DNA of 64,000 nucleotides from Candidatus Neptunichlamydia sp. (GCA_965233865.1 OZ247587.1:1568001-1632000); one strand, 5' to 3'. Counted from the stretch's first letter, positions 1 to 11,031 are shown. The notes: generated from the sequence alone by a model not told the origin. Numbers and translations: made by a program.

Positions 1-1697
1 AGAAAAATGGAATTATTTTGCATTTGTGTAATTGTCATTCCATCTAAATCGGAGCCCATCGATAAGATTTTTCCATTGATAACAACGTACTGGCTCATGT
101 TTCCATACTTTGAACTTCCTGTTACATTATATTTCGATGAAATATCAATAATACCACTTGTTGGTTTGGAAAACACGACGAAATTTTTAACCATTCGAAT
201 GCCTGGAATCTTTTTCATTCCTGCAATCATTGTATTATAGGATGACTCGTGATTTGATGGAACTCGGCCCGCTAAAATCAACTCACCGTTTGAAAATTGA
301 AAAGTGACATTTTCAAATTGATTCTCCATCAAATTCCCTTGAATTTGTGCTTCCAAGGTATTTTCGACAACGACTTGGTTGTCGAGTTTATCAAGATAGG
401 GGAAATTAATATTAATGTATTCGGAGAGCTTTGTTGAGTTTTCAAGGGTTTGTACATATCCCCTTAAAACAAAGTGTCCTGGAATAATAGAAGTTAGGTT
501 CACGCTGCGCCATGCTGCATTTTTCATCATCAAGGCATTGGTGTTTTCCCAAATAAGTTCATCAATAATCACATTATCTTCAATCGAGTGGACAAAACTT
601 AGGGATTTTAGAAGGTAAACCATTTCTTGCTGGTCGATCTCGGTTATTACATGACCTAGCAGGAAGAGTTTTCCTGTTGCTGTATTATAAGAAAACTCCA
701 CTTCAGGGAACTGCTTCAGCGTTTTGGCAATATCTTGAGATTCATCTGTCACAGAGTGAGCGACAGTTTCTGTCTTAAATAGACTAAAAACTCCACCGAG
801 TCCTAAGATTAATAGAATAGCAAAGGCCCCTGCAAAAATTAGGTGTCTCTTGGGGATGACCATTTTCTTCCAGTTTTTGGCAACCACCTCTTGTTCTTCT
901 TTTGTTTCTGACTTTCCCTCTTCTGATGAAGGAGAAACATAACTCATCCCTGCTATTGGGGAGACGATTGTTTCACGGGTTTGTTGCTGGTCGATTGCTA
1001 GAAAAGAGGTGGTTCCGAGCGCCACTAAATCTTGTGTTTTGAGTTCAGTTATTCCTGAGATTTCTTGTCCATTAATAAGAACCTTATTTAGGCTCCCTAA
1101 ATCCTCAATGGCAATTTTTCCATCTGTACTTGAAGTAATTTTTGCATGTTGACGGGAGACGCTTAGGTCTTGGAACAGGATGTCACAGGTAATGGGATCC
1201 TTACCAATAATAAGGGTTGTTCTTTCATGGAGCCCAAATTCAGCTCCAGCGTTGGGGCCTGAAATGACTTTAATCATCCATCGCGATTCTGCTGCCCCGC
1301 TAAAAGCTAAGGCTCCTAAGTCATCAGACTCTTCGTAAATTGTTGGAGATCCTGTCATTTCTTTTCCGTCATCGATCTCTCGCTCTTTTTCAATCGGATC
1401 TTTCAGGGTAAAGTGGAAGAAGACATTACCGATTTGTACGGTATCTCCCTCTTGGAGGAGGGATGGTTCTTCAACGGGTTTTCCATTGACTGTTGCAGGA
1501 TTAATGGCACTTAAGTTTTCAAGGACGTAGCCATCTTCGGTGAGTCGACAAATGATATGCTTGCGAGAAACCATTGGATCTTCGAGAACTTGATAGGAGA
1601 CGTCGGGATCGCGACCAAGAATCCATTCCTCTCCCTCTTCAAAACGGATAACTAAACCTACGAGTGGTCCCTCTTCGGCAATTAGAAAACCTGCCAT
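1..1697 (-). CDS. cdsD: Type III secretion inner-membrane ring protein CdsD/SctD (FHA domains), 3' end outside the window
   Basis: Not in the ORF track because it runs off the edge. Manual translation from ATG 1697 gives MAGFLIAEEGPLVGL..WILGRDP..VSRKH, then a second FHA (IGKDP..VSRQH..DLGS.N) and a TM segment. Lies downstream of a CesT-like chaperone, as in Chlamydia. Confidence 0.9.
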   Translation of the reverse strand, partial: MAGFLIAEEGPLVGLVIRFEEGEEWILGRDPDVSYQVLEDPMVSRKHIICRLTEDGYVLENLSAINPATVNGKPVEEPSLLQEGDTVQIGNVFFHFTLKDPIEKEREIDDGKEMTGSPTIYEESDDLGALAFSGAAESRWMIKVISGPNAGAEFGLHERTTLIIGKDPITCDILFQDLSVSRQHAKITSSTDGKIAIEDLGSLNKVLINGQEISGITELKTQDLVALGTTSFLAIDQQQTRETIVSPIAGMSYVSPSSEEGKSETKEEQEVVAKNWKKMVIPKRHLIFAGAFAILLILGLGGVFSLFKTETVAHSVTDESQDIAKTLKQFPEVEFSYNTATGKLFLLGHVITEIDQQEMVYLLKSLSFVHSIEDNVIIDELIWENTNALMMKNAAWRSVNLTSIIPGHFVLRGYVQTLENSTKLSEYININFPYLDKLDNQVVVENTLEAQIQGNLMENQFENVTFQFSNGELILAGRVPSNHESSYNTMIAGMKKIPGIRMVKNFVVFSKPTSGIIDISSKYNVTGSSKYGNMSQYVVINGKILSMGSDLDGMTITQMQNNSIF

Positions 1698-1829
1698 CAC
1701 CTCATTCCAACCTTAATTTATTCACGCATACGCGCAAAACGCATTTTTCCTTATCCTCCGTAACATACTTAGATTTGACTTTTATGGCTAGTGTAATTTA
1801 TTTCTTCTGTATATCAACTCAGTGATAGT

Positions 1830-2234
1830 TTATAGAAACGAAATTTGTAGTTTAGGAACTTCTTCTTTCCAGTAGTCGATGTAATTGAGAAAGTCTTCGA
1901 GCGCTTCGTGAAACGCTTTATAGGTTACTTCGAAGGTAAGGGTTTGTGAAAGGGTGAAGAACTCTTCGGAGGAATCAATTCCAATTGCAGCACCTCCAGT
2001 TCCTTGTCCAAGGAGGTTTGCTTTCATTAAATGAATAAAAAGAGCTTCCTTGTTTCCTTCCTTAGGCACCGGGATGATTTGAGAGTGGACGAAGATTCCA
2101 GGGTCGAGTTCCTTAGCGGAAACAGTAAGAGAGGGATTGATTTTTAGTTGGTAACATCCGTTTTTGTCTTTTTGCGGGAGCTCAGGTAGCTTTAGCTCTG
2201 CGGCAAGCATCTTGATAAGTTTTTCGAGTTTCAT
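1830..2234 (-). CDS. CesT-family T3SS chaperone (Scc4/CT663-like)
   Basis: 134 aa with the ANLLGQGTGGAAIG motif; immediately upstream of cdsD. Confidence 0.85.
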   Translation of the reverse strand: MKLEKLIKMLAAELKLPELPQKDKNGCYQLKINPSLTVSAKELDPGIFVHSQIIPVPKEGNKEALFIHLMKANLLGQGTGGAAIGIDSSEEFFTLSQTLTFEVTYKAFHEALEDFLNYIDYWKEEVPKLQISFL

Positions 2235-2334
2235 ATTAGAGTCCGTTGTTAACTCCTTGGTTTATAGCTTTCTTGTATTTTTCGCAACCAGAAATCTAAA
2301 TGGTGCCACTATCTAATACGGATAGTAAGTTAAG

Positions 2335-2367
2335 CGATGCATAAAGAGTTCTTCTCTTTACGCATCG
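2335..2367. other. Long stem-loop in the divergent intergenic region upstream of the T3SS chaperone
   Basis: CGATGC-A-TAAAGAG ttctt CTCTTTA-C-GCATCG; the mismatch becomes a G-U pair on the minus strand. Confidence 0.5.
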
Positions 2368-2505
2368 AAACCTAAAAACCTCGTTTAAGTCTCTGATGTT
2401 AAAATGGAGGTAGGTGGTCACTTGGGTTGAAATCTAGAGATGGCTGGACAGATCTGGACGTCATCCCTTATAATGAGGTTAAGGCCGCAAAAAAGAGGAC
2501 TACGA

Positions 2506-2964
2506 ATGGAAGATGAATTTGAACGAATTATGGCATTTTTTGACCTTCCTGCTGAGGAAAAAGAAGGTCGCCTTCAAGAGGTTTTTGAAGACTCAGTTGA
2601 ATACTTTGAGAGATTTAAGTATATGATACTTAATGGATCAAATGAAGAGAAGAAGGAAGCGGTCAAAAAAGTCATGATGCTCAAAAAAAAGATCGAAGAA
2701 GAAACCCAGCGCGTTTGCGAAAAAACGGGGATGACTCCTGAGCAACTGGCTGAGTTTTCGAACAACCCCAAGAATTTCTCTGATGATCAATGGAATGCTA
2801 TTGAAGGAGCTAAGAAAAAGCTCGAACAGGGGGTTGGGGAGATCAAAAAAGCTGTCAAAGCCAAAAAAGAGAGGGACCTCCCTGTACAAGAAGGATGTAC
2901 AGAGGAGGGGAGAAAAAAGCCCAAAAAGAAAAAAAAGCCCCCGAAAAATTGGATTCAATCCTAG
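2506..2964 (+). CDS. Hypothetical helical protein with Lys-rich C-terminal tail
   Basis: ORF 2440..2964; likely start ATG 2506 after AGAGGA; ends RKKPKKKKKPPKNWIQS. Confidence 0.75.
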   Translation: MEDEFERIMAFFDLPAEEKEGRLQEVFEDSVEYFERFKYMILNGSNEEKKEAVKKVMMLKKKIEEETQRVCEKTGMTPEQLAEFSNNPKNFSDDQWNAIEGAKKKLEQGVGEIKKAVKAKKERDLPVQEGCTEEGRKKPKKKKKPPKNWIQS

Positions 2965-3086
2965 GAATCTTAGTTGTAATAGACAAGACTTGGACATTAG
3001 TTTCTTTCTATAGAGCAATCAGTCCAACCAGTGGATTGTGAAAATACGCGGTTGTGGCCTATTTTTGTGTAAATCTCATCGAATTA

Positions 3087-3436
3087 GAGAAGGGCATGGT
3101 AGTTCAACTGGCGCTCTGAAATCTAACTGCTCACTCAGCTTCTGAACCTTCGATTTCTAAAGTGCTATTGTCAGAGGGGGCATCTTTGCTAAGCGCCCGT
3201 GGCTCATAAGTCAACTCCTTCTGTGCGAGCATGAATAGCAGAGATCATCTGATACTTTGATGAGCCCCCGTGTGATTACAATAGGGATATGTAAGCGATA
3301 CTTGGGCTTTAATATAGGGTGAATTTTTGTGCATGACATTCTCCATTAATACGGAGGAAACATTTGAATTAATTTTGAAAAACATGCACCATTTAGATTG
3401 AGATCGCTCTCACCCCCACGACGCTACCAATGCCGG
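3087..3436 (-). repeat. Dispersed degenerate repeat element, longest copy (A)
   Basis: 3373-3436 matches 39481-39539 in inverted orientation; 3087-3136 matches 32399-32447 in inverted orientation. Confidence 0.7.
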
Positions 3437-3452
3437 AATTTGGCAAGAGGGG

Positions 3453-4628
3453 CTAAAAAAAAACCTTTACCTTTTCAAGGAATGAGTTGCATTCCGGTGC
3501 ATTCGATCTTTTTTCAGTTTCTTGAAACTGCTCAAGCATTGCTTTTTGCTTAGACGATAAGTTGACAGGTGTTTCCACGTAGATATGAATAAGGAGGTCT
3601 CCTTTTCCATGTCCGTGGACATTCTTCATTCCTTCTCCTTTAACGCGGAGGATTTTACCCGTCTGAGTTCCTGAAGGGATGGTCAAGCGCACAGGTTTTT
3701 TAGAGAGGAGACGTGGAAGATCTTTTTTACACCCGAGAGCTGCTTCAGTTAGACTGATTGGAAGGCTGAGAGTGACATCATCTCCGTCACGTGCAAAAAT
3801 GTTATGAGATTTTACTTTGATATAGACATACAAATCTCCAGGAGGACCCCCTCCCTCGCCTGCATCTCCGTAACCGGTCATTTTTAGGCGCATGCCGTCG
3901 TCGATTCCAGCTGGGATCGGCACTTTCACCCGTTGTTTCTTCTTCATTTTTCCTGCGCCATGACATTCGGAACAGGGAGCGGTGATCATTTTTCCTGCGC
4001 CATGACAATGAGGACAAGAGCTTGACATGCTGAAAAATCCACGAGATTGGTGGAGTTGTCCTGATCCATGGCATGTCGTGCATGTCTTGATATCCTGAGA
4101 GGAACGTGCACCGTTTCCGTTGCAACTGCCACATTCTATGTTTGTGGTGATAGCGATTTCTTTTTCGATTCCCTTGGCAGCATCTTCAAAACTGATGGAA
4201 AGTTGAGCTTTTTTGCTCACGCCTTGGCGGGCATATTCTTGACTTTCACTGAATTCTTGACCAAAGAAAGAGTCAAATGTTGCATTTCCCCCACCAGGGC
4301 CAGCGCTCGGACCGCCACCGCCACCGAAGGCACCCATAAAAGTACGGAGGGCTTCTTCCATCGAAGAGAAGCCGGCTGCACTGCTGTTTCTACCCATTCC
4401 ACCAGCACCTTTGAGAGCATCGGAACCGTACTGGTCGTACATCTGCCGTTTCTTTTCATCGCTCAAGACTTCATAAGATTCAGAGACTTCCTTGAATTTC
4501 TTCTCGGCGTCAGGGTTATCGGCATTTTTATCTGGATGATACTTAAGCGCGAGCTTGCGATAAGCTTTTTTAAGTTCTTCTTGAGTGGCTTCACGAGGGA
4601 GGCCTAAAACTTCATAATAATCCGTCAT
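3453..4628 (-). CDS. dnaJ: Chaperone DnaJ
   Basis: J domain HPD motif, G/F region, four CxxCxGxG repeats. Confidence 0.98.
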   Translation of the reverse strand: MTDYYEVLGLPREATQEELKKAYRKLALKYHPDKNADNPDAEKKFKEVSESYEVLSDEKKRQMYDQYGSDALKGAGGMGRNSSAAGFSSMEEALRTFMGAFGGGGGPSAGPGGGNATFDSFFGQEFSESQEYARQGVSKKAQLSISFEDAAKGIEKEIAITTNIECGSCNGNGARSSQDIKTCTTCHGSGQLHQSRGFFSMSSSCPHCHGAGKMITAPCSECHGAGKMKKKQRVKVPIPAGIDDGMRLKMTGYGDAGEGGGPPGDLYVYIKVKSHNIFARDGDDVTLSLPISLTEAALGCKKDLPRLLSKKPVRLTIPSGTQTGKILRVKGEGMKNVHGHGKGDLLIHIYVETPVNLSSKQKAMLEQFQETEKRSNAPECNSFLEKVKVFF

Positions 4629-4646
4629 ACGCGCTTAAATATACAG

Positions 4647-4673
4647 TTAGCAGTCGAAAAAATCAAGTGCTAA
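4647..4673. promoter_or_regulatory. CIRCE element (HrcA operator) upstream of dnaJ
   Basis: TTAGCAGTC-N9-AAGTGCTAA versus consensus TTAGCACTC-N9-GAGTGCTAA (2 mismatches, exact 9-nt spacer); 18 nt before the dnaJ ATG. Confidence 0.8.
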
Positions 4674-4855
4674 CGTCCTTTTTTCATTTTGTACTTTAGA
4701 GCTGCCTTAGACTTCGCTCGTTTTCTAACTGAAGGTTTATCATAAAAGCGGTGTGCTTTTGCGGTTTTCATAATTCCTTCTTTATCGAGTTTTTTCTTGA
4801 GTGCTCGTAGGGCTTTGTCGATCGACTCGCCAGTACGAACCTTAACATTCGGCAT
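4670..4855 (-). CDS. rpsU: 30S ribosomal protein S21
   Basis: [29 protein letters not shown]. Confidence 0.97.
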   Translation of the reverse strand: MPNVKVRTGESIDKALRALKKKLDKEGIMKTAKAHRFYDKPSVRKRAKSKAALKYKMKKGR

Positions 4856-4969
4856 AAAAAGATCACATCCTAGTGCTTTAAAAAGTTTCTTTATAATTTT
4901 CTGCTTAGAGCCAACGAATTTTTGAATTCGAGCTATCCCAATTATTCTATATCATAAACTTCTTATTGT

Positions 4970-5524
4970 TCAACCCCTAAGGGAATTTTCGGTTTTTTTT
5001 TCAGATTCGAGATCTAAAAGGTAAGAAACGGTAATTTCAGTATGATTTAATAGGGGAGCCTTATGCAATTTTTCTAGAAGATATTGCTTTAGAAGGGGAA
5101 TATTAAGAGCAGAACAGACAGAACCTTCGGCTACAAGTCTTGGAGAGTCAAATACTATCGATCCCTCAGACCTTTCTCCATCTAAGGCGTAGAATCCTCG
5201 GGATTTGGCGTCGCCGTATAGGGTGAAGGGGCCGTCATCACTTGGGGCGAAGATTTTGAGACTACAGAAGGGAAGGAGGGGAATCCCTTTTGAAAAAGAG
5301 AGAGCTTTAGCTGCCATGACTCCAACACGGGTTCCGGTAAAAGAGCCGGGGCCGGTCCCAATAGCTATGAAGTCAATAGAGATGTCTTCAAGGAGTTTTT
5401 CGATTGTGGGAAGGAGTATTTGTGATTGTTTTAGGGGAGGGATATGTTCAATGATTAAGTTATCCCCCCTTGATAGGGCGACAAAGCTTTGAGGGCTACT
5501 GGTATCGATAATCAAGAAGTTCAT
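4970..5524 (-). CDS. tsaB: tRNA t6A modification protein TsaB
   Basis: LIIDTS and GPGSFTGTRVG motifs. Confidence 0.92.
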   Translation of the reverse strand: MNFLIIDTSSPQSFVALSRGDNLIIEHIPPLKQSQILLPTIEKLLEDISIDFIAIGTGPGSFTGTRVGVMAAKALSFSKGIPLLPFCSLKIFAPSDDGPFTLYGDAKSRGFYALDGERSEGSIVFDSPRLVAEGSVCSALNIPLLKQYLLEKLHKAPLLNHTEITVSYLLDLESEKKTENSLRG

Positions 5525-5652
5525 GCAGGCATAATAACACGGGTTGTGTTTATTTTGGATAGGGTATTATACAGAAATTAGCAGCTTATTTGCATATTTT
5601 TTGGGCGAGTGTTACACTATCTAAGAATAATTTAGTTTGAAGGGGTTACCTT

Positions 5653-8145
5653 TTGGTTAACGAATATGATGATTCACAGGATGAGATGCCTGAAGACGAA
5701 GATTTTGATCTTACAGAATCTCTTTTAGACAGTGATTTAGAGAAAATGATTGGAACGAGCAAGAAGCCTCAGGATGAGCCTGATCTCCCTAACGAGCTTT
5801 TTGTCCTTCCCCTAACGAGGCGTCCCTTTTTTCCCGGGATGGCAGCTCCGCTTGTCATTGAGCCAGGCCCCTTTTATGAGGTGCTTAAGCTTGTCGCTAA
5901 GTCTTCCCACAAAATGTTAGCCCTTTTTCTGACTAAAGAAGAGGAAGAAAATATTTATGACATGGGGTTTGATAATCTATGTGAAGTGGGGGTGATGGCA
6001 ACAATTCTCCGTATTGTTCCTCTTGAGCAAGGAGGGGCACAAGTTGTCCTTAATATGGAAAAGCGCATCAAGGTCAAAAAACAGGTCGTTAAGTCGAAAT
6101 ATCTCCGCGCTAAGATCCACTACCATGATGACGCAATCACCCAGCAGCAATCAAAGATTATTAAAGCTTATTCGATTAGTATCATTACAACGATCAAAGA
6201 GCTCTTAAAACTCAATCCTCTCTTTAAAGAGGAGCTTCAAATCTTCCTTGGCCATTCTGACTTTACCGAGCCAGGGAAACTTGCTGATTTTGCGGTTGCG
6301 CTGACCACAGCAGGGAGAGAAGAGCTTCAAGACATTCTTCAAACCTTTGATGTTCAAGAGAGGATAGATAAAACGCTCGTTCTTTTAAAGAAAGAGCTTG
6401 ATCTTAGTAAATTGCAAAGCAGTATCAATCAGAAGATTGAAGCGACCATCTCCAAAACGCAAAGAGAGTTTTTTTTGCGTGAGCAGCTCAAAACAATTAA
6501 AAAAGAGCTCGGTCTTGAGAAGGATGACAAAACATGTGATATCGAGAAGTTTCAAGAGCGCCTTAAGGACAAAATTGTTCCTGAAGACATTCAAAAAGCC
6601 ATCGATGAAGAGATTGAAAAACTTAGTGTTTTGGAAATGCAATCTGCCGAGTATGCCGTTTCACGCAATTATCTTGATTGGCTTACCATTGTTCCATGGG
6701 GAGTTTTTAGCAAAGAAAACCATAACCTTGGAAAAGCTGAAAAAATTCTTGAAGACGATCATTATGGACTCAAGGATATCAAAGAACGTATCATGGAATT
6801 TATTGGGGTGGGTAAACTCACTTCAGGTGTAAAGGGAAGCATTATTTGCCTTGTCGGCCCTCCTGGGGTTGGTAAAACAAGTATTGGAAAGAGTGTTGCT
6901 CGGGCCCTTAACCGTGAGTTCTACCGCTTTTCCGTTGGAGGAATGCGAGATGAGGCTGAAATTAAGGGACATCGCCGAACCTATATTGGAGCGATGCCTG
7001 GAAAAATGATTCAAGCGCTAAAGTCATCCCAAAAGATGAATCCGGTCATTATGCTAGATGAAGTAGACAAAATGGGGATGAGTTATCAAGGCGATCCAGC
7101 CTCTGCACTCTTAGAAGTTCTTGATTCCGAGCAAAATAAAGACTTCTTAGATCACTACCTTGATGTGCGAGCAGACCTATCCAATGTCTTATTTATTGTG
7201 ACAGCAAACGTTTTGGATACAATTCCTGATCCCCTTAAGGATCGGATGGACATCCTCCGTTTATCAGGGTATATTCAAGAAGAAAAACTTCAAATTGCAA
7301 AAAAATATCTCGTTCCACGCAATCGAAAAAAGTCAGGGCTTAAAGCCAGCCAGGTGAAATTTACGATTGGTGCGATCAAAGGAGTCATTGAAGGATATGC
7401 TCGCGAGGCGGGAGTTCGAGGCCTCGAGAACAATATTAAGAAAATCCTTCGGAAAGTAGCTGTGGCAATTGTTCGGTCTGAGGAAAGTAAGAAACCTCGG
7501 AAAATTAGGTCAGTGACAATTTCGGAAAAGAACCTCGAAAATTATTTAGGGAAACCGATTTTCACAACCGATCGCTACTACGATAAGACTCCAATTGGAG
7601 TATGTACGGGTCTTGCATGGACGGCGATGGGAGGAGCAACCCTTTATGTTGAGGCTGCAAAAGTGCCTGCTGAAAAAACTCAGATGAAGCTGACTGGACA
7701 GGCCGGTGATGTGATGAAGGAGTCTGCGCAGATTGCTTGGAGCTATGCGAATAGTGAGCTCAATCGATATGCTCCAAAGCATACGTTTTTCAAGAATCAA
7801 GAAGTTCATATCCATATTCCTGAAGGAGCTACCCCGAAAGATGGGCCTTCTGCAGGGGTAACAATGGTGACATCGATTCTTTCTCTTCTTATGCAAACTC
7901 CTGTTGCAAAAGATCTTGGGATGACAGGTGAGTTGACGCTCACTGGAAAAGTTCTTCCAATTGGTGGACTCAAGGAAAAGCTTATCGCTGCAAAAAGATC
8001 AAAACTTAAAACCTTGATCTTTCCAAAAGAGAATAAGCGAGATTATGATGAGCTTCCCGATTACTTAAAGAAAGGAATAAAGGTTCACTTTGTCAATAGC
8101 TATGATGAAGTTTTTCAAGTGGCGTTTCCAAGGAGAAAAACATGA
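5653..8145 (+). CDS. lon: Lon protease
   Basis: GPPGVGKTS, DEAEIKGHRRTYIGAMPG, PKDGPSAG. Confidence 0.98.
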   Translation: MVNEYDDSQDEMPEDEDFDLTESLLDSDLEKMIGTSKKPQDEPDLPNELFVLPLTRRPFFPGMAAPLVIEPGPFYEVLKLVAKSSHKMLALFLTKEEEENIYDMGFDNLCEVGVMATILRIVPLEQGGAQVVLNMEKRIKVKKQVVKSKYLRAKIHYHDDAITQQQSKIIKAYSISIITTIKELLKLNPLFKEELQIFLGHSDFTEPGKLADFAVALTTAGREELQDILQTFDVQERIDKTLVLLKKELDLSKLQSSINQKIEATISKTQREFFLREQLKTIKKELGLEKDDKTCDIEKFQERLKDKIVPEDIQKAIDEEIEKLSVLEMQSAEYAVSRNYLDWLTIVPWGVFSKENHNLGKAEKILEDDHYGLKDIKERIMEFIGVGKLTSGVKGSIICLVGPPGVGKTSIGKSVARALNREFYRFSVGGMRDEAEIKGHRRTYIGAMPGKMIQALKSSQKMNPVIMLDEVDKMGMSYQGDPASALLEVLDSEQNKDFLDHYLDVRADLSNVLFIVTANVLDTIPDPLKDRMDILRLSGYIQEEKLQIAKKYLVPRNRKKSGLKASQVKFTIGAIKGVIEGYAREAGVRGLENNIKKILRKVAVAIVRSEESKKPRKIRSVTISEKNLENYLGKPIFTTDRYYDKTPIGVCTGLAWTAMGGATLYVEAAKVPAEKTQMKLTGQAGDVMKESAQIAWSYANSELNRYAPKHTFFKNQEVHIHIPEGATPKDGPSAGVTMVTSILSLLMQTPVAKDLGMTGELTLTGKVLPIGGLKEKLIAAKRSKLKTLIFPKENKRDYDELPDYLKKGIKVHFVNSYDEVFQVAFPRRKT

Positions 8146-8630
8146 TGTCCTCTTGGAAAGAAAAGAAATACATTTCTCCTGAAACATTGAAAAAAAAACT
8201 TTTGCAGCTGCGTCAAGAAGGAAAAACGATTGCAACCCTGAATGGCTCTTTTGACCTTCTCCATGCTGGCCATTTGAAAGTGATTCATGAAGCGTCTAAG
8301 CAAGCTGATATTCTTTTAATGGCACTGAATTCTGACAGTTCGATTCAAAAGTATAAGAGCCCATTCCGCCCAATCGTTCCTCTAGAAAATCGTTTAGAGA
8401 TGGTTGCTGCTCTTCAGTTTGTTGACTACGTCACTTACTTTAATGAAACCGAACCGATTACATTTCTTGAACTGGTCAAACCTGATGTTCATGTCAATGG
8501 AGCGGAGTACGGAGACGAGTGTATTGAAGCCAGGGTGGTGAAAAAATATGGAGGAAGAATTCACATTGTGCAGCTTGTTCCGGGACTTTCAACTTCTAAC
8601 CTCATTAAGAAAATCAAATCATGCGTTTAA
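8142..8630 (+). CDS. ADP-heptose synthase adenylyltransferase domain (RfaE2/HldC-like)
   Basis: NGSFDLLHAGH (HxGH) cytidylyltransferase-family motif, NSDSSI..K...RP. Confidence 0.85.
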   Translation: MMSSWKEKKYISPETLKKKLLQLRQEGKTIATLNGSFDLLHAGHLKVIHEASKQADILLMALNSDSSIQKYKSPFRPIVPLENRLEMVAALQFVDYVTYFNETEPITFLELVKPDVHVNGAEYGDECIEARVVKKYGGRIHIVQLVPGLSTSNLIKKIKSCV

Positions 8631-9703
8631 TCGGCACACTCGAAGGGGAAAAAGAAGCTTATAAATTCCATTCTTTCTTAATTCAAGAAGAGATTGAATG
8701 CAGTTACAGTCTGGGCTCTTCGGGAGAAAACCTCTACGAGTTTTGGATAGCTCATGAAGATCAAATTGATACAGCGATTCATTGGCTTAAAGAGTTTCGC
8801 AAAACCCCTAACGACCCCCGATTTGAAACCAAGGCTCACCCTATAGATACTGAGGGTGTGGCAAAAGACTTGAATGAAAAAGAACCGATTCAAATGAAAG
8901 CGATTCGTATGCGCAATCGTATGCATCCTAAGACGCTGCTGACCCAATTTATTGTTCTTTTGTGCGCTCTCCTCTATATTTGGAATGGGTATCAAATAAT
9001 AGGCATTGCTAAAACTAATAAAAATTCTGAAGAACATGCGCTTACCCCTCTTATGATAGATCTTTCCTACGATATGCCTACGGCAGAAAACAGGAAAGAG
9101 CTCAACCGCGACCTTTTCACAGAAGATAGCATTGGAAATTCCGTTGTTTGGAATGGGATTTATGGCGTCATATTAGGATGGCCGGCATCAAAAAGTGAGC
9201 TCGATGCCCCGATGTTTGAGCAGATCAAGCATGGTCAAATTTGGCGCCTCTTTACGCCTGTGCTACTTCATGGGAGTTTTCTCCATGTCCTTTTCAATAT
9301 GCTTTGGCTTTGGATGCTTGGGCGGCAGGTTGAGGAACGGACGAAAAAATGGCAATATATCGCACTCATATTGATTATTGGAGTTGTTTCAAACACATTG
9401 CAGTATTTAATGAGTGGACCTCTTTTTATTGGGTATTCAGGAATTGTATGTGGTCTTGCAGGATTCATTTGGATGCGGCAGCATCATGCACCTTGGGAAG
9501 GATATCCTCTGCAAAAGGGAACTCTCGTTTTCTTAGGCGTGTTTGCGGTTGCAATGATGGGGCTTCAGATCGCATCTTTTTTTCTCATTCGCTTTCAGAT
9601 TGCTGAGTTTTCAACGAATATTGCCAATACTGCCCACATCAGCGGGGCTTTAACGGGCATAGCACTTGGGAAAATCCCTGTATTTTCTAAAGGAGGGGCA
9701 TGA
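8621..9703 (+). CDS. Rhomboid intramembrane serine protease
   Basis: WRLFTP.LLH...H..FN, GYSG, AHISG. Confidence 0.92.
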   Translation: MRLIGTLEGEKEAYKFHSFLIQEEIECSYSLGSSGENLYEFWIAHEDQIDTAIHWLKEFRKTPNDPRFETKAHPIDTEGVAKDLNEKEPIQMKAIRMRNRMHPKTLLTQFIVLLCALLYIWNGYQIIGIAKTNKNSEEHALTPLMIDLSYDMPTAENRKELNRDLFTEDSIGNSVVWNGIYGVILGWPASKSELDAPMFEQIKHGQIWRLFTPVLLHGSFLHVLFNMLWLWMLGRQVEERTKKWQYIALILIIGVVSNTLQYLMSGPLFIGYSGIVCGLAGFIWMRQHHAPWEGYPLQKGTLVFLGVFAVAMMGLQIASFFLIRFQIAEFSTNIANTAHISGALTGIALGKIPVFSKGGA

Positions 9704-10617
9704 GCGTCCGAGATCTGACCATTTTAGGATGTTCCTCGCAACAACCAACCAGGTTACGCAACCATGGTGCCTATTTACTTAGATGGAATCAGGAAGGGCT
9801 CTTGTTTGATCCCGGCGAAGGAACTCAAAGGCAATTTATCTTTGCTGACATCGCGCCGCCAACAGTCACACGGATCTTTGTGAGCCATTTCCATGGAGAT
9901 CATTGTTTAGGGCTTGGCTCCATGCTAATGAGGCTCAATCTTGACCGCGTTAATCACCCGATTCATTGCTACTATCCAGCGAGCGGGAAGGTCTACTTCA
10001 ATCGATTGCGTTATGGCACCATCTACCATGATCACATTCAAGTGATTGAGCACCCAGTTTCTGAAGAAGGAATTGTTCATCAAGATGAAACCTTTACTAT
10101 CGAGGCCAAATTTCTAAACCACGGTGTTGACAACTTGGGATGGCGCATTCAAGAAGCTGACACCACAAAATTTGATAAAGAAAAACTCAGAGCCTATGGC
10201 GTTAAAGGAGCGTTTGTTCGAGAGCTCCAAGAGAAAAAACAGATCCTTGTTGACGGAAGAACTGTTAAGATTGAAGACGTTAGTTGGATTCGAAAAGGAG
10301 ACATTTTTTCTTGCGTGATTGATACAAAGCATTGCAAAAATGCGATAGATCTTGCCAAAGGAGCAAAACTTTTGCTTTGTGAAAGCACTTATCTAGAGGA
10401 ACACCGAGCCTTGGCGGAAGATCACAATCATATGACTGCAAAACAAGCAGCATTCATTGCAAAACAAGCTGGAGTCCAAAAGCTAATTCTTACACATTTT
10501 TCTGCTCGATACCGAGATCTACTTCCTTTTGTAGAGGAAGCTAGCGAGGTTTTCCCTAACGTTGATACTGCGGATGATTTTAAAAGGTTTGAGTTTCCTC
10601 TAAGCAATATGACGTAG
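9700..10617 (+). CDS. rnz: Ribonuclease Z
   Basis: [23 protein letters not shown]. Confidence 0.95.
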   Translation: MSVRDLTILGCSSQQPTRLRNHGAYLLRWNQEGLLFDPGEGTQRQFIFADIAPPTVTRIFVSHFHGDHCLGLGSMLMRLNLDRVNHPIHCYYPASGKVYFNRLRYGTIYHDHIQVIEHPVSEEGIVHQDETFTIEAKFLNHGVDNLGWRIQEADTTKFDKEKLRAYGVKGAFVRELQEKKQILVDGRTVKIEDVSWIRKGDIFSCVIDTKHCKNAIDLAKGAKLLLCESTYLEEHRALAEDHNHMTAKQAAFIAKQAGVQKLILTHFSARYRDLLPFVEEASEVFPNVDTADDFKRFEFPLSNMT

Positions 10618-11031
10618 GGCATCATCCAAATCATTTGTAAGGAGTTCCAACTCTATGATGAAACTTTTTGTTGATGCGGGATGGTTTGCATATTCACGCA
10701 TAATGAAAGAAAGATCGCAGTCATCGCCTTTTCCAGGTTCGAAAGTTTCGACCGCTTTTAAGATGGTAACATGTTTATGATGCTTGATCGCGATGGGTTG
10801 GACAAAGATATTTTGGATAATTGACCCAATTTCTTCAATTTCATCATCCTCGGCCTTTTGCACTTGAATAGAGGTTGCGTAAAGTCGGTTAATATCTTCA
10901 GCAAGCTTTTCCAAAAACTCTTGTTTTGTCGAAAGCCCTCCATTTTTGTGGAGTTCATTGACATTTATGGTGAATGTTTCGAGTTCTTTTCGAAAGTTTA
11001 TCGCAACTGATTTTTTGTCTTCTTTGTTCAT
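10600..11031 (-). CDS. Hypothetical protein
   Basis: 143-aa ORF with GAGG SD; no recognisable motif. Confidence 0.7.
   Translation of the reverse strand: MNKEDKKSVAINFRKELETFTINVNELHKNGGLSTKQEFLEKLAEDINRLYATSIQVQKAEDDEIEEIGSIIQNIFVQPIAIKHHKHVTILKAVETFEPGKGDDCDLSFIMREYANHPASTKSFIIELELLTNDLDDALRHIA

Noticed and set aside
4068..4607. 179-aa + strand ORF and similar shadow ORFs (e.g. 53193-53669, 2638-3018, 60184-60633)
   Set aside because: They are antisense or alternate-frame to well-supported genes and show no recognisable motifs
5578..5600. CIRCE upstream of lon
   Set aside because: Only a partial left arm (TTAGCAG) is present, with no matching right arm at a 9-nt spacing
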